Assembly: GCF_009914755.1 (NCBI RefSeq)
Contig: NC_060927.1
DNA length: 64,000 bases
Strand: one strand, 5' to 3'
Source of the DNA: the human T2T-CHM13v2.0 reference genome, Homo sapiens
Below, in pieces: positions 53,701-64,000 of this stretch. The number at the start of each line of letters is the position of its first letter. The stretch's first letter is position 1. Below the pieces are notes generated by a model. The model had not been told where the DNA came from. It saw only the letters and a program-made list of their open reading frames with translations, and searched no databases. The translations under genes were made by a program, and so were the position numbers.

Positions 53701-54779
53701 CCAACTGTTGCATAAAAGAACAGCTATGACACGTTATTTGATGAAATGCCAGTTTTAAAAAACCTTTTTTAGTTTAAAATAATTGTGTCTAGTCCTCACC
53801 TAATAATCAGCTGAAAGTTGTTAACTTTTATATTTGAGTCTAATTTTGAGAATAAAAATATAAGCTGCAGGAAAGTGTATTTTTTCATTAGATAAAGCAA
53901 ATAACACATGTTTCATGTATAAGAATTTTGGTTGATTACCCTGTGTGTAAGATATTCTTCAATTAATCAGTTCCAGCTGTTTCCACAAGAAACAATTTTT
54001 CTTTGGGCATGTGTAATAGAAAAAAACACATCAAGTTGGGCATAATGTGTTTTTTTTGTATTTCCTCTTAAGCAATTCATTCAAATTTAGATAAATTTCA
54101 AGTTATTTTATTTTGAAGTAGGCAAGCTATATTTATTTCACTTTGTTTCAAATGCAAATGGTTAAGTGTTTTGCATTCTCATCAGTAAAGAGTCCTATGA
54201 CTAAATCATAATTTAATGATCTCTTCCTAAAGAGATGATGCAAAATTTAGATCTGAGGAAAGGATTCTTATTTTTATCTATTTAGGCTGATCTTTCTATA
54301 AAATCTCTGCGGGCTTCCTTTGTTGTTCAAATCATAAAGATGAAATCCATATTGTGAAAGATAATGTATTTTATTATAGAAATATGGATTATTGAAATAA
54401 GTCTTCACATATGAAATGATATTTTATGCATTGTGATAATGTGCTTTTTCTCTGGAGTTAGGAAATTGTCTCAGTTTTATCAGAAACAAGAGTTAGGCCT
54501 TTTTATTTAAACTATCATATATAATTTAGGTAAACTGAAAGAAAAAATATTTTATATTTAGCAACATCTTTTCCATTTTCAGTGTTCTTTACTTCTTTAT
54601 AAAGATCTGAGTTTCTATCTGGTATAATGTCCTTTCAGCCTTAAAAATGACTTTTAGTGTGTCTTACATATAGTGTAATTCTAATGATGATAATCCTCTT
54701 AGTTTTCATTTATCTGAAAATATCTTTATTTTACCTAAATATTTGAATATTTTCACTAGATAAAGAATTCTGGGTTGAC

Positions 54780-55406
<627 letters not shown>

Positions 55407-56005
55407 CTATACAATTCCACTCCCAACCCCCATCCCCAATCTTTTCTCTCTCTGTTTTTAAGGCTAGAATATGTCTATGGATCTAGCCTCAAGTATGCCA
55501 GTTCTTTTCTCTGTTATCTCAAATTTGCTGTTAAGCTAAGTGAAAATTTTAATTTCTGATATTATTTTTTCAATCCTAGAATAGCTTTCTGGTTCTTTTT
55601 TAAGAATTCTATTTTTCTGTTTAGGTTTCTCAATTTTAGGTTCATTTTGAAAAATATTAATATATTATTTTATTCCTTAAGCACAATTACAAGTGTGCTT
55701 TAAATTCCTTGTTTTCTAAGTCCAGTGTTTAGTAGGTCATCTCAGGGGTCATCTCCGTTGTCTTCTCTTTGAGTATGGAACACATTGTCCGGTTTTATCA
55801 TATGTTGAGTCATTTTGAATTGTTTTCTGGTCATTGTAGAGATTTCAGAATCTGTCATGTGCTCCAAATTATATTAACTTCTGTTTTGACTACCAGGCAG
55901 TAAATGTAGCAGAAATCAAACTATAGTGTCCTTTAAAGTGGATGGTTGCTGAAATCTCAATTCAATTCTTTTAACCTCAGCAGAGCTGTTTGGAGACTGT
56001 CTTGC

Positions 56006-56368
56006 TGTCTTAGTTCTGGCTGCTGTAACAGAATACTATAAGCCAGGTGGCTTATAAACAACAGAAATGTATTTCTCAAGGTTCTGGAGGCTGGGAAGTC
56101 CAAAATCAAGGTACTGGAGGATTTGTTTTTTGGTGAGGGCCAGTTTCCTGGTTTATAGGCAGCCACGTTCTCCCAGTGTCCTCACATAATGGAAGGGGTG
56201 AAGGAGTTCTCTGGGACTTCTTTCATGAAGGCACTAATCCCAGTCATATGGGCCCCACTATCCTGATCTGATCACTCCCCAAAGGGTTCATCTCCAAACA
56301 CCATCTCATTAAAGATTAAGTTTCAACATATAAGTTAGGGGGCAGGCACATATATTCAGTCTATAGCA
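56006..56368 (-). mobile_element. MLT1A/A0 solo LTR
   Basis: TGTCTTAGT...GCTGCTGTAACAGAATAC...GTTCTGGAGGCTGGGAAGTCCAA...ATTCAGTCTATAGCA. Confidence 0.9.
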
Positions 56369-56715
56369 CCCACTGATGCATGTTTCAGAGGATAGCCAGG
56401 GATTGGGCATCATTTACACATAGAATATGGGGCTTTCTCCTTGACTGATTTCTCCTCAACATTTTCCAGTTGCTCTGTTGCCCAAGCTCCGTCCCTTGCT
56501 TCTTCAAGCCAATAACTGCAACTTTACTTTCCTCGTTTTATCCACCTAGAATGGGCAGACTGGGTCTTGATCTTCCCTAAAAGCTGTAAAATAGGAAACT
56601 TACCCAGTGTTGTTCCCTTCTTCCAGTTGTCTGCCCCCTTCACTATCTGCCTGTTTTGGATTACTTTCCAGTGTTTTCAGGTACTTACATTTTATATTTT
56701 GTCTATACTTCGTAG

Positions 56716-57023
56716 TTGTTTTGTTTTGTTTTGTTTTGTTTGAGACAAAGTCTTGCTCTATCACCCAGGCTGGAGTGCGGTGGTGTGATCTCGGCTCACT
56801 GCAACCTCTGCCGCCCAGACTCTAGTAATTCTCCTGCCTCAGCCTCCTGAGAAGCTGGGATTACAGGCGTGCACCACTGCGCCCAGCTAATTTTTGTATT
56901 TTTAGTAGAGATGGGGTTTCACCCTGTTGGCCAGGCTAGTCTCAAACTCCCGACCTCAAGTGATCCACCTGCCTTCGTCTCCCAAAGTGCTGGTACTACC
57001 GGTGTAAACTACCACACCTGGTC
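56716..57023 (-). mobile_element. AluSx/Sz
   Basis: TSD TATACTTC(G/A)TAGTT; (GTTTT)n tail. Confidence 0.94.
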
Positions 57024-57764
57024 TATACTTCATAGTTTTAGGGTTGGTTGGTTCTGAAAGGACCCATTATTAGAAATCTATAACTTCACATTGGAAAGAG
57101 TTCTCATATTACAAACCTTTGAAAACATAATTTTATTGGCTGCTTCATTACAGGATTGCAGAATAATCTATTAGTTTAAACAATGTGAAATTGTCATTTT
57201 TCCAGGTCAGAAATGCTCAGATAATGGTAATTTCATATGGTTTAAACTAGTAATTATGTTCTTAGATATTTATAATTTATTTTATCATTGAATATCTATG
57301 GGAATATAGAGTTTCCTGTAGTTCAGTTTGCTTACATCGTATAGAGTGTTAGAAGGAGAATGCCTGGGTCTAAATTTATGTACGTCTTTAAACCCCTTCA
57401 ATATAATTGCTATTTTTGTTATTAAATTGTAATGTAAATAACATGTAATTTTTTTGTAAAATGGTTGCATACATTAATGATATTTAATATGGCTTTCATC
57501 CTACAATCGTGTCATGCAATTACATTTTGGCTTTACTATTTTTTCTTTGGCAAAATATTATCAAGTTATTTAATTGATTTGTGTTTGTTCCTTATTATCC
57601 ACACTGAATATATTCATTATGGTTGTTAGCTTCTCTACTTCATCTTTGGGTAAATGTATCAGAATATTTTAAGTACCCAGAAATATTTGAGACTTTCATC
57701 ATCAAATTTCCTCCTTTATCCATATTTAAGACTTTAAAATCTGCTTAAATTTAGGAATTTCTAA

Positions 57765-58400
57765 AAATAATTTCAAATTTTATCTTAGATTCAGTGGGTA
57801 CATGTGCAGGTTTGTTACATGGGTATATTACATGGTGCTATGGTTTGGGGTGTGAATGATCCTGTCACCCAGGATCATCGAGCATAGTACCCAGTAATTA
57901 ATTTTGCAATCCTTAGTCCCCTCCTCCCCTCCCTCAGCTACTAGTTCCCATTGTCTAGTGTTGCCATCTTTATGTTTATGGGTACTCAATCTTTCACTCC
58001 AAGTTGTAAGTGAGAACGTGGTATTTGGTTTTCTGTTCCTGCCTTGATTTGCTTAGGATAATGGCCTTCAGCTGCATCCATGTTGCTAACGAGGACACAA
58101 TTTTGTTATTTATTTTATGGCTGCATGGTATTCCACGGTGTATACATTTTCGTATCCAATACACTGTTGATGGGCACCTAAGTTGATTCCATGTTTTTGC
58201 TATTGTGAATAGTGCTGTGATGAACATATGAGTGAATGTGTATTTTGGTAGAACTATTTATTTTCCTTTGCATGTATACCTAGTAACAGGATTGCTGGGT
58301 TGAATGGTAGCTCTGTTTTAAGTTCTTTGAGAAATCTCCAAACTGCTTTACACAGTGGCTGAAATGATTTACATTCCCAGCAACAGTGTATAAGCGTTTA
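57765..58400 (-). mobile_element. L1PA15/16-like 3' end
   Basis: Minus frame MFITALFTIAKTWNQLRCPS is the L1 ORF2p C-terminus; TTTAGGAA present on both sides. Confidence 0.9.
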
Positions 58401-60413
58401 CTTTTAGGAAACTTTTAAGATGGCTTCTATATGCAAGTAATAATATTTGAAAATGTGTTCTATATTTGTATTATTGTGCATTCACTCAGATACAGAAAAA
58501 GGAATCTAAGTCAATAAGTGTTTCCTGTTTGGAGAAAACTCAATATATGGGCAATACAAGTGTTATATATAAAGCTCTTGCCTGGTTATGTGACCTTAAG
58601 TGTTGTAGTATGAGCTGGCACAAAACTCTCTAAGTGAGAAACAGAAAGGATATGGCATAAGAGAGAGTAACTAATCCCCATAAGATAAGGCAAATTTTTC
58701 ATGTCAATATAAACAGACGATTTGGAACCCTTGCTGTGGGCTTACTGTACTGTGGCATAGTGCTTTGAATGCCTAAGAAGGTTTGTCTGTTTATCATATT
58801 CTGAAAAACAACATGAAAATAATAAATTGATAGGTCTCATTTAACCCCTGGAAGACAATAAATCCAATGCAATGCTTGTAAAAAAACTGAGTTATGTTTG
58901 TGTTAGCACAGTGCATCACATACTAGCAACCTGTGATTTCAGTACATGTCTGCTAATTAATTTATTTTGTAGGAAAATAAAGTTAATTGAAAGCATGAAA
59001 TATGGTTCCTAAACTATGCATGGAGAGGGCTAATTGGTCCATGGCTTTTTAAAAAAACGGATAAAAATATGCCTTAAAAGGATGTCCTATTATACCTTAG
59101 TTCAAAAGAATAAAGTCCCCACCCATGTCTAAATGTATGCTAAACCTTAAGAATATCTTAAAGCAAGAATAGTAAATACCTAACACATGAGAATTATCTT
59201 TTGTATAATATCTGTGATAGAAAACATTAGTAGGTCACTTTAACCTTTCCTGCTCAGCTCCGATGCAGGGTCAGGATCCTTTGGACACAGTGTTTCAGTA
59301 AGTCACTACCAATCAGTTAGGTTAGTTTATGAAATGAAGAGTTTTTTTTGCCATGTATACACCTCTTACTAAACAACCTATAACAAGAGAATAATCTTAC
59401 CTAGAAATGTACCACGAAGAAGAATTATTTTGATTTTAAGAAACAGGAAACCATCGAAACTATTTTACATGAAACATTTTTTTGTCTCACCCGGCTACAA
59501 GGTCAAGTTGTATTCCAGTTTCAGCTTTTAATAAAAAATAACCTTTCAGTTTATTTGAAGATCTAGGTCTTGGAATATAATTCTCAAGTATCTGTCTCTC
59601 TCCTCTTTTCTCTATGGTGACTTTATTCTCAGGAAGGCTCTTTCTAAGTGGTGATAAGAAGAAGGGAGTTTCTCCTGCCTTATGTCATACCTCTGAGCAA
59701 CCCTCAGTTTTTTCCTAGTAGCTCATAAATCCAAGGTAGGTTTCTCATTGGCTTCTGTTGGGTCTGATGCCCTTCATAGCTTTAGTCCCCATAGACTTAG
59801 GAGTAGAAAATATTGGCTGGTCGTGCCTGGGTCACATGGACCAGGGGTAACTAGAAAGCATTGGAATTAGCCTCAATTCGGCCACATAAACATAGGAGAT
59901 ATTATTCCCTAGGTCCAACCAGGCTAAATGAACGGAGATAAATGCTTGGCAAGCAAAAAACAACAGGTATTCGTGGTAGCTTCCATTCTTATTTTTCTTA
60001 ACTATTCTTCTGAAATTGTTCTGACGACAGAGATTACAGTTGCATTAAGGATAAAGTTTAAGCAGTTATAATAAAAGTCTCCAAAGGAGATTGGCTCAAA
60101 TTGAAAGGGGACATTCAATTTTTTATGGTATTAAGTAGGTTCTGATCCTCAGAGTCATGTAGGAATTCAGGCCAGAGTGGGGTTTCTTTGTCATCCTCAA
60201 CATGAGCCTTTTACTACTGTGGGTTAGTCAAAAGGAAAAGGAGAAGTGAATCTAGATGATCTTTAAGTAGATGAGCTGAGAGTTGCCAACAGCATTTTTC
60301 CTCATGTCTCTTTGGTGAGAACCTAGTCCTAGAACCAAACTAAGTCAAAAGAGTGACTAGAAAATTTAGTCTTTAGGTTAGCGGCCCTGTGTCCAGAAGG
60401 AGAAAAAGAACTA

Positions 60414-60720
60414 GGCCGGGCGCCATTGGCTCTCGCCTGTAACCCCAGCACTCTGGGAGGCCGAAGCGGGCGGATCACGAGGTCAGGAGACCATGCTGGC
60501 TCACATGGTGAAAATCAGTCTCTACCAAAAATACAAGAAGAAATGAGCCGGGCGGGTTGGCGGGCGCCTGTGGTCCCAGCTACTCCCGGGGCCGAGGCGG
60601 GAGAATGGCGGGAACCCGGGGGGCGGAGCTTGCGGGGAGCCGAGGTCGCGCCACCGCACTCCAGCCTGGGCGACAGGGCCAGACTCCGTCACATACAACA
60701 ACAACAAAAACAACAAAAAA
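60414..60720 (+). mobile_element. AluY-like, extremely GC/CpG-rich variant
   Basis: Full dimer, 24 CpGs counted, (CAA)n-type tail. Confidence 0.95.
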
Positions 60721-61049
60721 CAGATTAGTGGGCAGAGGAAGTGGAGAACAACCTGTGGCTGCCACAAGCTCTTGTTGGTCTTTCCTTTTTCTCTAACATG
60801 TTTCTGTTACATTGAGTGGAAAACATACTTTCAAAAACAACTGGAAAAAAAAAGAAAAGGAGAAACTTCATTTTGGCTATGTGTCTCTGTAAAAAGATCA
60901 GCCTTTATGCTCCTGGTATTACTCGCTATCCCACTATTCGACATTTGTCTTGTTTGCTGCAACAGAATAATAATAAATAAAATTATCTTCAAAGATGGCA
61001 GTGACTTTTCATCCTGTAAAATGATACAAGATTAAAAACTTGGAGATTT

Positions 61050-61182
61050 TTTTCAATATATTCTCGGCCATTAACCAGTTGTACAACTCTGATAAAATTT
61101 CTGAACCTTACTCTTTTCAGATATAAAAAGAAGCTATGGAAGATTATGTTTTCTGAGGTCCCTTCCAGACTGAAAAGATTTC
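61050..61182 (+). mobile_element. MIR3-like fragment
   Basis: TCTGAGGTCCCTTCCAGACTGAAA terminus. Confidence 0.5.
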
Positions 61183-62702
61183 GTACCATGTTGGAAATAG
61201 AGAGGTTTAGAAGAAATTCTCATCCTCCAGACATATGAGGACTTTCTCCAACAAATAGGAATTCATCCTATAACTCAGTTCACAGGCCTTTGAGATAAGA
61301 CTTGGGGGCATAGGACTTTGGAGCAAACCATCAATAGGAGAGAAAACTAGTCATTGTAGGCATTGCTGATTGGAGGGTGGGAAATCCTTCTGACCTGCAC
61401 AAGTAATCAATGGATGCCTTAAAGCATGAGATTTGAAAACACTTAACATTATCTTGGCTACATAATTATAATGTTATTAATGGCCACAAAGTTTCTTAGC
61501 CTTTTTAAAAAATCCAGTGAAAGTATTTGATTTCATGACCTCCCAGGGCTGAATTATACATATTAATGATCCATGGCATGCAATACAAGATTTTACCTTT
61601 TTAGTTGTTCCAGAATTATTGCCCTTTGATTTTTAATACATATCCTTTTGTTCTTGTATTAAAGGACAAGTTAAAGGAGTAGTGACTCTGTCAGGATAAC
61701 TCTGCAGAATTAATATGGTCTTTTTAGCTTTATTAATATCAAAGCTGAAGTGGCTGCTTTGTACTTTCAAGGTTGCTTTTGAAGGATCTATTCCTCAGTG
61801 GAACATCCTGCTTCCTGCTTTTTATTTTTTATTTTTATTTTTTATTACAGCAGTTGGCCGGAAAGCCCCTGTTGATCTGTGACTATTTGGAACTGCTAGA
61901 CTGAAATGCCATTTTCAAAACTCCAGCTCTTCTGCTAAACAATTTTTCTAGGAATGATGCCACATCACTAGCTACTTGTATTTGCCAAAAGGCAATACTA
62001 CTTCAATGGCCCTAGCTCTGGGAATGATACCAAATGATGGTTCAGGAGGGAGGGAGGGAGGCAGTAAATCAGCAGGAAAAGCTGAAAAATGCCCCAGCTT
62101 TTAATAGCTTTTATCTTTTTCCAGATGACTGGCCTCTCTCTCACCTTCTGCTTCTATTCATGATAGGGCCCTTTTCTCCCCTATTTTTGTGGCTTGATAT
62201 TAGTATTTTCATTCGAAACGGCCGTCCTCAATTATCAGAGAGAAAATTCACACCTTTCAAAGCTACGGCAATCACATTTCCATGTGACTCATAAGTATAT
62301 CTTCTTTCTCTAGCACCTAGGTGCAACTGTGGGATGCCTGATAGATTAGGATTGTATGTTGAATGGGAAATGGGTCTGAACCAAGTGTCAGACAGTAGAA
62401 TGGGAGCCAGGGGAGGGTTCCAAAGCAGCAGCAGAAGGTATCTCTAGCAAGCATCCGCTCTGGCTGGGGACTGTCTTCTGGTTCCAGCCTTACTGGAAGC
62501 TCAGGCTGTAGAGTTGTGAATTCCTGGGGCCAGGCAAGCCTAGATGTGTTGCCTGCTTTTGATAATGTATCAAAAATATGAACTCATCCTTGGAAGCGAC
62601 AGCTATGAGGTGTTTCTTGGATGTAGAAATTTAGGTCATCTGTCTTCCTTTTGCATTGCCTTAAAAAGTACGATTTCCTTTCTTGGTTTATCATTTGCTG
62701 GC

Positions 62703-62790
62703 CTTCTTTCTTTCCATCCTTCCTCCCTTCCTTCCTTCCTTCCTCCCTTTTTTCCTTCCCTAGACTTTCCCTATCTCCCTCTTTTCTTTC
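62703..62790. repeat. (CCTT)n-type pyrimidine tract
   Basis: CCTTCCTCCCTTCCTTCCTTCCTTCCTCCC. Confidence 0.7.
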
Positions 62791-63049
62791 GTAAAATTTG
62801 GTTGCCTGGGATAACGTGTATTGCATACAAGCTGACTTCCTTACTGTCCCTAGTAAGCTATGTGTGGCTATTATTTCTTCATTTATATGCAATGCCAGAA
62901 GCTTAGAAGAATGTTATCTCCCTTTCAGTTAAAAACTCATAGTTAAGAACTGGCCATCTTCTTGTTTTGGGTATTGTGGCTTGGTACTGTCTAATATATT
63001 TGGAGGGTATTTGATTTTTTAAAAAGCTACTGGCCATGCCTATTGAGTT

Positions 63050-63128
63050 TCCTACTGAGCCCAGCACCCAGACCAGTGATTGATTAAATAGTAGCTGCTC
63101 AATAAATATTTGTTTTGTAAATAATGAT
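63050..63128 (+). mobile_element. L2 3' terminus
   Basis: TAGTAGCTGCTCAATAAATATTTGTT. Confidence 0.55.
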
Positions 63129-64000
63129 TCTATTGTCAAGAAACAAATCACCAAGAAAGAAGGAGCTATATATTTAAGAGTACTCTGTTCATCTGGCCAA
63201 AATGGAGTTCCGAGTCCCTTGCTCAGCTGATGTTTGTTCACCCAGAAGATGGTAAACTCCTGAGACCAACTTCGCTTTGTTGTTCTCTTGTGGTTCCTTG
63301 ACCTTGGAAATGTTTTTCTACAGGCAGAGTATTTCCCCCTGTTGGAATTTTATTTAATATTCTATCTTTGTTTCTACTTTAGAAAACATGCCACGTGAAT
63401 AATGATGCCTCAGGCAAAAGAAATCACTCCAGCAGTACAATTTAAACTTAGGACAAATCCTGCCCTCACTTGCATTCACAATTTGCCAAGGCAGTTGGTA
63501 AGAACTGTGCCCACACACAAATTGACAGAATCGAGGCCCCAAGGTTAGCGATGATTAAAATTTAAAAGTCCATTCATTCATTTTCAAAATATTTTATTCG
63601 ATTGCTTCTGAGGCAGAATCATGAGTTGCCTTCGCTTTTGCTGCTCCCGGTGGTGGCATCCAACTCTGAGGATAGCTCATCCAACTCTGAGGGTAGCTCT
63701 GAGGGGAGCTAAATATCCTCATTGTTCAATGAGCTAGATGAAAACAAAACGAGGCTGTAAGGTCAATCTCACAGCCTTAGTGGAGTAAAAATTAGAAGTC
63801 AATAATTCTCTTACCAACAAAGAGGACTTGCATTCAACAGGATTTTCAAAAGTGGTATCCTGTAAAAATTTTGGAAAATACCACCATAATGGAAAAAAAA
63901 TAAAGTGGCATATAAATCAAATGTAGTGCTAAAAATTATAATTTTTCCATATGAATTTTGGAATCCTAAAATATTTTTATGTGTTTGTGGATTCATAAGG

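Noticed and set aside
60544-60692. ADAR editing of the Alu RNA before insertion as the cause of the G excess
   Set aside because: It would explain only A>G; six of the 13 weak-to-strong changes are T>G or T>C.
63639-63657. CTCF-like motif (reverse strand GCCACCACCGGGAGCAGCA)
   Set aside because: It needs a gap or several mismatches against the CTCF core; not supportable without a PWM scan.

Overview
Primate (human-like; contains AluY, L1PA, MER and MLT elements) AT-rich non-coding DNA, either intergenic or deep intronic. I find no protein-coding exon series, CpG-island promoter, structural RNA gene or CRISPR array. The ORF track is explained by Alu, L1, LTR and low-complexity frames. A large part of the window is transposon-derived: about 17 Alu/FLAM/FRAM copies, several L1PA/L1M pieces, L2, MIR, MLT1/MLT2/MER21/MER65/MER76/LTR33 LTRs and Tigger/hAT MITEs, many nested with readable target-site duplications (TSDs). 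Repeat family names come from recalled consensus sequences, not a database search, and boundaries of old elements are approximate. The strongest oddities: (1) a 56 x 28-bp minisatellite (1893-3460) that grew from the inside of a MER44/Tigger7 DNA transposon, with a hairpin-forming unit and a 5-unit (140-bp) higher-order repeat core; (2) an AluY-like copy at 60414-60720 whose right arm shows almost only A/T->G/C changes and no CpG decay, five of its substitutions being shared with an Alu 5.6 kb upstream; (3) a 30-bp near-perfect dispersed duplicate (31198/34278); (4) small CpG-retaining, motif-bearing patches that may be enhancers. I cannot assign the locus or demonstrate a new biological system from sequence alone.
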